From: a virus
Lineage: Duplodnaviria; Caudoviricetes
Direction: 5' to 3' (one strand)
Virus record (IMG/VR): IMGVR_UViG_3300026442_000101
Length of the DNA: 64,000 bases
Below, in pieces: positions 1 through 8,250 of this stretch. The notes below the pieces were generated by a model, which was not told where the DNA came from, did not search any database, and worked only from the letters and a program-made list of their open reading frames with translations. The translations under genes and the position numbers were made by a program. How positions within the stretch are numbered: the first letter of the stretch is position 1; the number at the start of each line of letters is the position of its first letter.

Positions 1-858
1 CAAGTCGCCAGAGTAGCAGACAGTCGCACGCTCCAGTGGAGTCATGCCTTGAATCATCGACAGGATCATGGTCGACTCTTCAGGGATCTGCCAGTACAGG
101 TCAGACGACCGGTTCACCATCTCGAGAGTGTCAACCACCGACGGGTAGACCAGGTTGTACTCTTCGATCACCGCTTGGATGCGAGCCGAATCTTCGATGG
201 TCAGCATCGCTACCAAGTTTGCCTTGGCGATCTCAGGACTGTGGTAATGACGCGAACCGGCCAGGAAACGTTCTACCGTGGCGTTGCCGTAGCCTGCTGC
301 TGCCCGGCACAGCGAAGTCAAGCTGGAGTGACCAGTTGCCAGATACAGCGGGTTACCTTCGAAGCCGCGCATACCGGACACGGAGTTGATTCGGATCTTA
401 CGGGCGTTCTGGTCGTAGTCTGCCAGGGCTGCCTTCATCAATTCGCCGAGCTGCTTGAACTCGAACATCGCGTTCTTCGACTTCTTACGCGCTTTGATGT
501 TGTCGTCCTGCCACTCAGCAGTAACGGACTTCTCAACCTCTGGACGTTCGTACACCACAAGAGATGGCGACACAATGCGGCCGGTGTGTACGATATCTTC
601 CACGTAGTTGAGGAACGTGGTTTCGTCCTTCTCGCGGTGCCCTGGACCTCTGCGGACCAGTTGCAACATGCCGGGGTCTCGGAACTTCACCCCTTTGTCT
701 TCTTTGAACTTGTTGACCACATACTTCAAGCAATCTTCATACGGCTTCTGAAGTTGCAGCGACAGGTACTTAGCGACCTGCTGAATGTAGCCTTTACGGA
801 TTTCGATGTCGCGACTATATTTGCTGACATCCCACAGGAACGGATTCTCGGCGGACAT
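1..858 (-). CDS. B-family DNA polymerase subunit (phiKZ gp50-like), 5' part, continues beyond the left edge
   Basis: Hand-translated from ATG at 858 (SD AAAGGAAAGG): MSAENPFLWDVSKYSRD...DYDQNARKIRINSVSGMRGF...YGNATVERFLAG...CYSGDL. The translated stretches stay in one frame to base 1. QxARKIxxNSxSG resembles PolB motif B. Not in the ORF track. Confidence 0.8.
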   Translation of the reverse strand, partial: MSAENPFLWDVSKYSRDIEIRKGYIQQVAKYLSLQLQKPYEDCLKYVVNKFKEDKGVKFRDPGMLQLVRRGPGHREKDETTFLNYVEDIVHTGRIVSPSLVVYERPEVEKSVTAEWQDDNIKARKKSKNAMFEFKQLGELMKAALADYDQNARKIRINSVSGMRGFEGNPLYLATGHSSLTSLCRAAAGYGNATVERFLAGSRHYHSPEIAKANLVAMLTIEDSARIQAVIEEYNLVYPSVVDTLEMVNRSSDLYWQIPEESTMILSMIQGMTPLERATVCYSGDL

Positions 859-907
859 GACCTTTCCTTTACTAATTGCCTCACGTATCTTTAGGTTCGC
901 CAGTAAG

Positions 908-963
908 AAAAAAAAGAAGAGGCATAGCCTCCCCACCCACCAGCCGTAGCCAGTAGGTGGGGA
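908..963 (-). terminator. Intrinsic terminator
   Basis: Stem tccccacc/ggtgggga; on the minus strand followed by CTATGCC and a T-run. Confidence 0.65.
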
Positions 964-967
964 TAGA

Positions 968-1396
968 CTACAGAGTAGTCACCGTGAAGCCTTCAATGCC
1001 TGAGGCCAGGCACATGGCTCGCACGTTGTCAATCTGAGCGGCAGTGGTGCCGGCCGGGAAGGTAAACATGGTAGCTGGAGATGAGTTCTCCACGATCGAC
1101 GACTCGCGAATCCACGGGATGCCGAAGTACACCGCCTTGTTTTCGGCATTGATGAACTTCGCATACGGGTAGGCCCGATAGTCGTTTGGGGTACCGTCAT
1201 TGATGTACGGCCAGTACTGGGTGTGCCTGGCCATTGGATCGTAACCGGTATCCGCCACCATGTCCGCGTCAGGTAGCGACACGAACTTCAGGTTGCTGTA
1301 CTTCTCACCAGCGACGGTTTCGAAGGTCAACGTCTTGCCAGTGTTTTCGGAAACGAGCTTCACGCTATTACTCCTCGATGGCTCTGTAGTAGCCAC
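968..1396 (-). CDS. Hypothetical protein, conserved jumbo-phage type (GIPWI motif)
   Basis: 142-aa ORF directly upstream of the DNA polymerase, with phage-like codon usage. Confidence 0.7.
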   Translation of the reverse strand: MATTEPSRSNSVKLVSENTGKTLTFETVAGEKYSNLKFVSLPDADMVADTGYDPMARHTQYWPYINDGTPNDYRAYPYAKFINAENKAVYFGIPWIRESSIVENSSPATMFTFPAGTTAAQIDNVRAMCLASGIEGFTVTTL

Positions 1397-1700
1397 GCTT
1401 GTCGACGTCCAGATGCTTCAGAGTGCCTCGCAGCACCATCTCTTTCAAATCATCGTCTTCACAAGTAAGGATAGCGTGATACATCTCATCCATTACGTGC
1501 TCATATTCGCGGTCCAGCAGGTCCACGTCGACGAACGCTCGTTCGAGATCTCCCCAGAAACGCTTCCTCTCACTCTGGGCTCGCCAGACAGGGAACGGGG
1601 GTGACTCGTCGCAGTGCTCGTACGGCACTTTATTGTAGCAAGCTTCTTCGAGAACCATTGCCAGTGCTGGACAGTAGCCCACGATTTCATAACGCGCCAT
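1368..1700 (-). CDS. Hypothetical protein (small-gene array)
   Basis: 110-aa ORF tiled in a minus-strand operon. Confidence 0.7.
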   Translation of the reverse strand: MARYEIVGYCPALAMVLEEACYNKVPYEHCDESPPFPVWRAQSERKRFWGDLERAFVDVDLLDREYEHVMDEMYHAILTCEDDDLKEMVLRGTLKHLDVDKRGYYRAIEE

Positions 1701-1715
1701 GCGTTATCCCCCAAT

Positions 1716-2153
1716 TCAAATAACCTTGAACATCACATCGCAAGTAGTGTTGCGCGTCGACTTCACTATCTTGAAATTCACTTGGTATATTGACGCAGCT
1801 AAGTACCCTAGGCCTTTTATCAACTCCGTTATTCCGGGATACAGGTAGGTCATGCATTTCTCTGCAATGAATTCTGCATCCATTTCATTATTTACATACC
1901 GCTTTCTGTACAGCGTATCCGCCAACGGCATGTAGCTATCCGTAGAACGCCCATGGGCAAAGCCTGAGTATTCGGACAGGATAGCCTTCACGTTGTAGCC
2001 GAGATCGTCAACGTTGGAGTCGACATCGCTGATGAAGTCTCTCAGGATGTCGTCGATGTTGATTACGATGTACTGGGCTTCAGGTCGGTCAGTGGACCCT
2101 ACCGAGCCGCAGATGGGACGACGTTTTAATGACAGTGTTTTCCCGAGGGGCAT
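1716..2153 (-). CDS. Hypothetical protein (small-gene array)
   Basis: 145-aa ORF, GGTGG upstream; start uncertain. Confidence 0.65.
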   Translation of the reverse strand: MPLGKTLSLKRRPICGSVGSTDRPEAQYIVINIDDILRDFISDVDSNVDDLGYNVKAILSEYSGFAHGRSTDSYMPLADTLYRKRYVNNEMDAEFIAEKCMTYLYPGITELIKGLGYLAASIYQVNFKIVKSTRNTTCDVMFKVI

Positions 2154-2457
2154 GATGGACCACCGATAGGTTGCTGATCACGGTCACCGGATATCCCGTC
2201 TCAGACAACAATGTAGCGAGGGATTCGTACAGAGTCCTGACTGGGGAAGCTGCCGACAAGTGCTCGAGAATGATCTCTGTCGGCGGCCAGTTAAGGACAT
2301 GGTGCGCTACAGGGTACATCATGATGAAGTCGCTAACGACCGCACCCAGTACCTCCATGTAATACCCCATGTCGTCCTTTGACGTAAACATGTTGAGGCG
2401 ATCATCGTACAGCGAGATGATCATCTCTTTAGTGGCGACAGGCAATTTATTAGTCAT
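2089..2457 (-). CDS. Hypothetical protein (small-gene array)
   Basis: ATGA-coupled to the upstream stop at 2454-2456. Confidence 0.65.
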   Translation of the reverse strand: MTNKLPVATKEMIISLYDDRLNMFTSKDDMGYYMEVLGAVVSDFIMMYPVAHHVLNWPPTEIILEHLSAASPVRTLYESLATLLSETGYPVTVISNLSVVHHAPRENTVIKTSSHLRLGRVH

Positions 2458-2774
2458 ACCCATTCAAGCTCCACGTACGCTGTGTTGCTCTTGTTGATCT
2501 GACAATTACTGTTGATCAGCTCAGCCTTGTTGAAGTTAAGATGCTCATACAAACCGCTATCGTGCATGGCATCGAGGACAATTACTGACATATCCTCGAT
2601 AGCTCTGCTCGTAAGTTTGTACTTATTCATCAGTTCACGAGCCCTGTGGTGACCGATCCATGTATCAGTCTCAGCGGTCGCTAATACCCATGCGGACAGC
2701 ATAGAAACCATAGCGTCACGGGTCACGCTATGGTAAGGTTGTAGTTCGAAGATAAAACATTTCCGACCAGCCAT
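2454..2774 (-). CDS. Hypothetical protein (small-gene array)
   Basis: Start moved to MAGRKCF (GGAG SD), which removes the overlap with the upstream gene. Confidence 0.65.
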   Translation of the reverse strand: MAGRKCFIFELQPYHSVTRDAMVSMLSAWVLATAETDTWIGHHRARELMNKYKLTSRAIEDMSVIVLDAMHDSGLYEHLNFNKAELINSNCQINKSNTAYVELEWV

Positions 2775-2787
2775 TCTTTTCGCTCCA

Positions 2788-3213
2788 TCAGTCTGTGTCG
2801 AAGTGTACGTTGCAAGTAAAGCTACCGCCAGTCTTAGCTGTTCGAAATTGTCCAAAGCGAGGTGTCCCCTTGTGTTTATCTCGAATCTCCCTGCCTAATT
2901 CTTCGATAGTTTCTTTAGTATCCGACCAAATTGGGAAGTCTTGGTGCACGGGCCTCGTCAACTGCTCAAGCCAACGTTTGGCCTTACCGGCCTCACGGAC
3001 ATCGTCGCAATTGTCGAGGAACTCCTTGATCACATCAAGATCATCCCAATTAGCGTTTACCCACAGGTCCAGGACAGCCGAGAAGATCAGGCCGGTGACG
3101 ATCACTGGAGTTTCATCTTCCAGATCAGGTCCTCGGCACAGGATGTCGGCTATCTCGTAGAACTGGAGTACGGCCTCTTGGTCGATATTAGCCACGAGCC
3201 GGAAGTCGTCCAT
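2788..3213 (-). CDS. Hypothetical protein (small-gene array)
   Basis: 141 aa, TGATG coupling to the upstream gene. Confidence 0.7.
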   Translation of the reverse strand: MDDFRLVANIDQEAVLQFYEIADILCRGPDLEDETPVIVTGLIFSAVLDLWVNANWDDLDVIKEFLDNCDDVREAGKAKRWLEQLTRPVHQDFPIWSDTKETIEELGREIRDKHKGTPRFGQFRTAKTGGSFTCNVHFDTD

Positions 3214-3629
3214 CAGGTCACCATTAAGTAGCTGCCGCGCTTGGCGAACTTGATCTGGAATCGTTCCTCAGGATTCACTCTCAGATCACCACGAGGTAAT
3301 CGATTGAGCTCATCCCGCAGGCCATCTTCATGATGGTGCAGATCCCTGAAATAGTTGAGGAGCTGTAGGAATTCACCCCAGAGCTTATGGTTGTCGGACA
3401 TGTTCGTTAGCGAAGTCATGACAACCAATCTCTCAAACGCATCGATAATCTCGTTCCGATTGGCTACGAGGATCGATACCAGCAGGAGACTGCAAACCTT
3501 CTCAGTGAAGTCCTTACGGCACATATGGGGGACAAAGTCCCCCAGGCGGGTAAGTGCTTCAAGCTCTTCGGGGCAGATATCGACGATGAGAGACTTTGTC
3601 CTTCCGAACGACAGTCTCAGATCCATCAT
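3213..3629 (-). CDS. Hypothetical protein (small-gene array)
   Basis: 138 aa, coupled at both ends. Confidence 0.7.
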   Translation of the reverse strand: MMDLRLSFGRTKSLIVDICPEELEALTRLGDFVPHMCRKDFTEKVCSLLLVSILVANRNEIIDAFERLVVMTSLTNMSDNHKLWGEFLQLLNYFRDLHHHEDGLRDELNRLPRGDLRVNPEERFQIKFAKRGSYLMVT

Positions 3630-4159
3630 TCTTCCCCTTCTTCCTCTTCGTCTTCGACCTCTGCTTCTTGAGAGTCGTTGGCGATATCGACGACGCCGAA
3701 ATCCTCGTTGGTTTCCTCCTCGCCTTGGCAGATCTCGAGCAGGGCCGAACCATTGACCACGATCAGGTCACTGATACGCGCTGGACGCATGGCGGTCAGG
3801 AAGTCAAACTCAGCATGCAGCTGGTCGACCTTGTCGGAATACCACGAGTCGATGACACCGGCGATTTCGTCGACACGGTCAGCCGCGGTATGCGGCGTGT
3901 TGTTCGACAGATGCTTGAGCGAGAAGTCGTCATCGAAGAACTCGCTACGCAGGACAGCAGCCAGCAGGGCCGATTGGTCAACGGAGGTTTCATCCTCCAT
4001 CGCATCGAGGCCCAGGTTAGAGACAGTGACGATGGCGTAGGAATACCTGAGCTGGATCTCCTTCTGCTCGCCATTGGCTGATCCATCGGTCGAGTTCGGG
4101 GTGTACAACTTCCCCTTCTCGGCGACTAGTTTCGATATATCTTTCAAATCCAGTTTCAT
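3626..4159 (-). CDS. Hypothetical protein with an acidic C-terminal tail
   Basis: Start MKLDLK with GGAGG SD; ends EAEVEDEEEEGEE. Confidence 0.75.
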   Translation of the reverse strand: MKLDLKDISKLVAEKGKLYTPNSTDGSANGEQKEIQLRYSYAIVTVSNLGLDAMEDETSVDQSALLAAVLRSEFFDDDFSLKHLSNNTPHTAADRVDEIAGVIDSWYSDKVDQLHAEFDFLTAMRPARISDLIVVNGSALLEICQGEEETNEDFGVVDIANDSQEAEVEDEEEEGEE

Positions 4160-4553
4160 CGGACCTCCCGAAATAAGTGGTTTCGACAACGAGGAACTTG
4201 GTATCGTACGGGATACTGGCGGCAGTAATCACCATCATCTCGTCCACGTTGTCCGCAAAGAATAGTCTCAGCTCATCGTCCAGTTCGGCAATGAGTTCAA
4301 GAAGCGGCAGGAAATGCTCACGCTTTTTACAATGGCTACGCGCAATCTCCAGTAGGGACGGTGCTGTTTTATCAATGGTGCTGACGGCCACCTTTTCGAT
4401 AATGGCCTTGGTGTAGTTCTGAATGAGGAATCCATCGTAGTAGTCGAACTCTACGTAGAACTCCTCTATCCGGCGCATCCAATCGTTGGCTGCGTAGACG
4501 AGCGACTCACCACTCTTTCTTTCTGTGCCTCTTAGGGAGATATTCATTGGCAT
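4017..4553 (-). CDS. Hypothetical protein (small-gene array)
   Basis: 178-aa ORF; 3' end overlaps the next gene by 143 nt. Confidence 0.65.
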   Translation of the reverse strand: MPMNISLRGTERKSGESLVYAANDWMRRIEEFYVEFDYYDGFLIQNYTKAIIEKVAVSTIDKTAPSLLEIARSHCKKREHFLPLLELIAELDDELRLFFADNVDEMMVITAASIPYDTKFLVVETTYFGRSDETGFERYIETSRREGEVVHPELDRWISQWRAEGDPAQVFLRHRHCL

Positions 4554-5016
4554 GACGTTTCATCCAATCAGTAATCCGGTAGTCCTCGCCCATCTCGATC
4601 TCAATGCCAGTTGTGCGACGTCTCATGTATACTACATTCCACGTCGGTAACTTGATAACAGATCTTAGCAACGATGCGATCGCATCTCGCAGCTGTTCGA
4701 TCATCTCATTGGGATCAGGGTGGTCGTTTAGCAGACCATCGAACTTGTCGACATAGATGTCGTTGTCCTTCTCATCGAGGCACTTCGTCCACCACATCTT
4801 GGTGGTAAGGTAGTCGTCGATCATCTCAGCTACAAGGTCGACAATGAACCGACGGTCCTTTGCCGTCAGCTTATCGTTATATTTGGCAACTTCCCCAATA
4901 GCGATACCGCTGACATCTGAGTAGTCAAGGATACATATTTCGCCAACACTGCTCAATTGCACGGCTATTCCCCATGGCCAAGTAATCGCCATCGATAAGG
5001 AAGTAGATTCCCTCAT
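4507..5016 (-). CDS. Hypothetical protein (small-gene array)
   Basis: 169-aa ORF; start uncertain. Confidence 0.65.
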   Translation of the reverse strand: MRESTSLSMAITWPWGIAVQLSSVGEICILDYSDVSGIAIGEVAKYNDKLTAKDRRFIVDLVAEMIDDYLTTKMWWTKCLDEKDNDIYVDKFDGLLNDHPDPNEMIEQLRDAIASLLRSVIKLPTWNVVYMRRRTTGIEIEMGEDYRITDWMKRHANEYLPKRHRKKEW

Positions 5017-5359
5017 CGTCGAGCCAGTTTGGTTCTGGCGGCGGAAGATATTGTAATGGGTCTATGCAGAGGCTTTGGGCGGTAAGGGTTACCCGCATCC
5101 TTTCGTAAGGAACGTTCTTATCCTTACAGTCGAATAGCCGCATACTGACGCACGGAATCATCCACGCCTTGCAGTATAGCCTGGCAAACCAAGATTCCAG
5201 AATGGACTCATCAAACCTACCCGTCGCGTTGAGGCGGTCGAGTATGTCTCTGACGTCTACCAGCAAAGTGTTCTCGCGTCTTTCGAACTTCTTTTGCGGC
5301 GGGGGCTCGCGTTTTTCGCGCTCCTCAACCACATGCCTTAGCGATAATTGCATAGTCAC
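4925..5359 (-). CDS. Hypothetical protein (small-gene array)
   Basis: 144 aa, GGAGGT SD upstream. Confidence 0.7.
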   Translation of the reverse strand: MTMQLSLRHVVEEREKREPPPQKKFERRENTLLVDVRDILDRLNATGRFDESILESWFARLYCKAWMIPCVSMRLFDCKDKNVPYERMRVTLTAQSLCIDPLQYLPPPEPNWLDDEGIYFLIDGDYLAMGNSRAIEQCWRNMYP

Positions 5360-5399
5360 CTCCGTAGACTACATGATTAGGGTGCACGGTGTTTAGTTA

Positions 5400-5441
5400 C
5401 AAAAAATAAAGGGTAGGGAGGAGGTTTTTCAACCTCCTCCC
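5400..5441 (-). terminator. Intrinsic terminator
   Basis: 11-bp stem gggaggaggtt/aacctcctccc followed by a T-rich tract on the minus strand. Confidence 0.75.
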
Positions 5442-5460
5442 TGAAATTTGTGCCGGCTTC

Positions 5461-5679
5461 TCAGCTGAAGCTCGGCTCGCCATTCTCACCGAAATAAGGA
5501 TTGTGGCGGTTGATACAAACGTGCTTGTTTTCGTCGTACTTCTCTTCTTCGAAGATACCGTGCCAGTCGCCATGGATGCAACGATGGCAGCGGAAACCTC
5601 CGCCTTGCTGGTGGGTTGCTTGCAGGTGGTCTACGTTGTCGCACTGTTCGCAGACAAACACCATGTTTGTGGCTGTCAT
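5461..5679 (-). CDS. Small zinc-ribbon protein
   Basis: 72 aa, CEQC...CHRC followed by GDWHGIF. Confidence 0.7.
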   Translation of the reverse strand: MTATNMVFVCEQCDNVDHLQATHQQGGGFRCHRCIHGDWHGIFEEEKYDENKHVCINRHNPYFGENGEPSFS

Positions 5680-5707
5680 GATTGCATTACCTATTTTGAA
5701 TTGAGGG

Positions 5708-5737
5708 CATACAAGGCGGGTTTCCCCGCCCCGTATG
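5708..5737. terminator. Hairpin downstream of phuZ, flanked by CATA/TATG
   Basis: cata..ggcggg-tttc-cccgcc..tatg. Confidence 0.55.
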
Positions 5738-5746
5738 GTTTACCTG

Positions 5747-6766
5747 TTACAGGTAAACGGTAGAACCTTTCTGACCGCTTACCGCTGGAGCATCGAGCAG
5801 GGTTTCAGGCTGCTCGGTAATACCGACCTTCTGCTTGAACTCAGCCAGAGTGGTCTTCAGCTCAGCCAGGATTGGCTTCATGCGCAGGCCCGACAGGGTG
5901 TAGTAGAACGAGTTGTCGAATGCACGGCCTTCTTCCGGCAGGTAGCCCACGGTGTCGTAGGCAGCATCGACGTCAGGCACGATGGAGTCGTGAGACTTCA
6001 TCAGGGCGCCGTACGAGATAACCGGAGAATCGTTGGTCGCGGCCAGCAGGTCTTCTTCGCGCACGAACACTTCCAGCAGGGCCAGTTGCGCCTTGTGGCG
6101 AGTGTTCTCGCTGTACTTGAAGAAGCTGCGGATGTCGTTCTCGTCGATGTGGGCGTTCTTGCCGGATGCGAACATCGAGATCCAGCGAGCGATGCGCAGA
6201 GCCGTTTCGTTGTTGTCGGCGAGCGACTTCTTCGGGTCGTTCTTGTGGTAGGAGACGGCGTACTCGGCGTTGATTTCGGCGAGGTCGCGTTCCAGGTTGA
6301 TGAGGGACCCCAGGCTGTTACCGGTAGAGCGGTCGGACTTGTAGTCGCCGGTAACGATCGCGATGACGATAGCACCGGTTTCCGCAATAGCGCGCACCAG
6401 GCGACGGCCGCCGGTGGAGCCAGTGCCGCCAGACAGCGAGTAGAACACGACGTTAACTTTGGCCGGCTTGTGCTTGAGCATCAGCTTTGGAATTTCAGCT
6501 TCGAAGATCCGGTCGCCTTCTACCTGGTTCTTGCCGAGGCCCTTACCGTCGTTGACGACGAAGAAATTGTCGGCGGCGGAACCGACCATGTTGGCGAAGC
6601 TGGTGTCGACGTAGATGAAGGTTTCATTGGCCAGCTGCAGAGAGTTCTTCGGCTGGTCGCTGCGGTAAGCCTTCAGCTGGTTGATACCGGTACCGCCAAC
6701 AGCCCAGAACTTGACTTCCTGTGCTTTGGCTTCGATCAGGGTTTGTTGCGCTTGGACTTCAGACAT
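5747..6766 (-). CDS. phuZ: Phage tubulin PhuZ
   Basis: GGTGIN (T1 loop), YVDTS, SLSGGTGSTG (tubulin signature), IDEND (T7 catalytic loop); 339 aa; chimallivirus context. Confidence 0.93.
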   Translation of the reverse strand: MSEVQAQQTLIEAKAQEVKFWAVGGTGINQLKAYRSDQPKNSLQLANETFIYVDTSFANMVGSAADNFFVVNDGKGLGKNQVEGDRIFEAEIPKLMLKHKPAKVNVVFYSLSGGTGSTGGRRLVRAIAETGAIVIAIVTGDYKSDRSTGNSLGSLINLERDLAEINAEYAVSYHKNDPKKSLADNNETALRIARWISMFASGKNAHIDENDIRSFFKYSENTRHKAQLALLEVFVREEDLLAATNDSPVISYGALMKSHDSIVPDVDAAYDTVGYLPEEGRAFDNSFYYTLSGLRMKPILAELKTTLAEFKQKVGITEQPETLLDAPAVSGQKGSTVYL

Positions 6767-6848
6767 GCATGTCTCCTAATGGACAGTGTACTACGTGAAA
6801 AGGTACGGGTTAGTGCTATGACCACCCATTCCTTAGGGAGGATTACTT

Positions 6849-7685
6849 ATGGACCCGGTCACGGTCGCACTCATCAAAGTGAAGGCTGAGATCCCGCGAG
6901 ATATTCTCAAGCAGGCTTTCATGCCGAAACGTTACGACCCGGTAGAGAACGACCGGTATTTCGATAACGTAACCTCGGTTTCCATCGACCAGCAAATCCG
7001 TCAACTCGTAATTGAGGGACGGGTGTCGATCGATGTGAACCTGATTGGCGGCACCGAGATGTTCTTGCCGCTGGGACTGGCTCAGCGCGAATTCCTCGAT
7101 GCCTGGAACATGATCTATCGATTCAGCCGGGATGTACTCGGCGGTCGACGTATCACCACGGTCCACGAGTTGGTCTACGGGATTACCCAAGGACTCTCTG
7201 GCCAAGGCACCGCTGGCTACGACGGGCGCGCTTCTGACATGCTCCTTGTGGGGCGTGACATCATGCGTGCTGTAGGCGGTACGGCGACTCTCGGTACAGC
7301 ATACGTGCAGATCGTAGGAGTTAACACAGTACTCGTAAACGACGCTAACCAAGTGATTGGCGATGCGGCGCTTCGAGCCACTGTGACCCATGAACCGAAC
7401 TTCAATGACCTGAAGCCAGTTTACTACCACGCATTCGCAGAGCTCGTAGCTCTAGCCGTTAAGGGCTATGTCTACAACACTCTGGTGATCGACCTCGATG
7501 AAGGTCAGATCCGAGGCGGTATGACTCTGGGTCGTATCCGTGAGGTCGTGGACTCCTACGCTGACGCAAACCAGATGTACTGGGAATACCTGACCACCAA
7601 GTGGCAACGTATCTCCACTATGAACAATACCGAACAGTACCGGAAGATCTTGAAAATGTCTCTCGGTGCTAAGCCTCGATACTGA
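6849..7685 (+). CDS. Conserved phiKZ-like protein, probably virion-associated
   Basis: 278 aa, GGAGG SD, divergent from phuZ, TATG upstream; family recognised from memory. Confidence 0.7.
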   Translation: MDPVTVALIKVKAEIPRDILKQAFMPKRYDPVENDRYFDNVTSVSIDQQIRQLVIEGRVSIDVNLIGGTEMFLPLGLAQREFLDAWNMIYRFSRDVLGGRRITTVHELVYGITQGLSGQGTAGYDGRASDMLLVGRDIMRAVGGTATLGTAYVQIVGVNTVLVNDANQVIGDAALRATVTHEPNFNDLKPVYYHAFAELVALAVKGYVYNTLVIDLDEGQIRGGMTLGRIREVVDSYADANQMYWEYLTTKWQRISTMNNTEQYRKILKMSLGAKPRY

Positions 7686-7719
7686 TTCGAGTGGATAATG
7701 TATTACCGTAGATAGATTG

Positions 7720-7754
7720 GATCGATCATCCTTCGGGGTGATCGGTCCTTTATG
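7720..7754. terminator. Terminator hairpin at a convergent junction
   Basis: gatcgatcatcc-TTCG-gggtgatcggtc followed by CTTTATG. Confidence 0.7.
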
Positions 7755-8250
7755 GCGTTTTCTCGGGATGGTTTACCAACGCAGTGTGGAGTTCATCCTG
7801 ATCATCCACGACGAGGTATCCCTCGTTCTTCATGTAGTCCTTCACATCCCCGTTACCATTCATCAGGTAGAGGAGCTTGGAATCACCTCCAGGGAGTGTG
7901 TCCTCAGGACGCACGATCTGTACGACCTTGTAGACAGACTTCTCATCGATCTTTGGCATGCTTACGCCATCGATGATGTTGTTGGCACCCTCCAAGGTGC
8001 CAGACACCGGCCGGCCGGTGGCTACGCCGTCAGAAGTGTTCTCCTCGAAGGATGGTTCGAAGAACACTCGAGTATTGACCTTCCATCCTTTGGATTCCAG
8101 GCTCTGTACCAGATCGGTCATTTCACCGTTCCAGTTTTGATCGAATGGAATTTCGATCATTACATCCCCTTGAGGTTTCGTACCCGGTTCGGAAGCAAGT
8201 TCCGGAGCTCCATCCTTGAGATGGAGTTCTTCATGTTCGTTTTCAGTCAT
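7750..8250 (-). CDS. Hypothetical protein
   Basis: 166 aa, GGAAGG SD. Confidence 0.7.
   Translation of the reverse strand: MTENEHEELHLKDGAPELASEPGTKPQGDVMIEIPFDQNWNGEMTDLVQSLESKGWKVNTRVFFEPSFEENTSDGVATGRPVSGTLEGANNIIDGVSMPKIDEKSVYKVVQIVRPEDTLPGGDSKLLYLMNGNGDVKDYMKNEGYLVVDDQDELHTALVNHPEKTP

Noticed and set aside
49-894. 281-aa + strand ORF
   Set aside because: Shadow of the minus-strand DNA polymerase gene.
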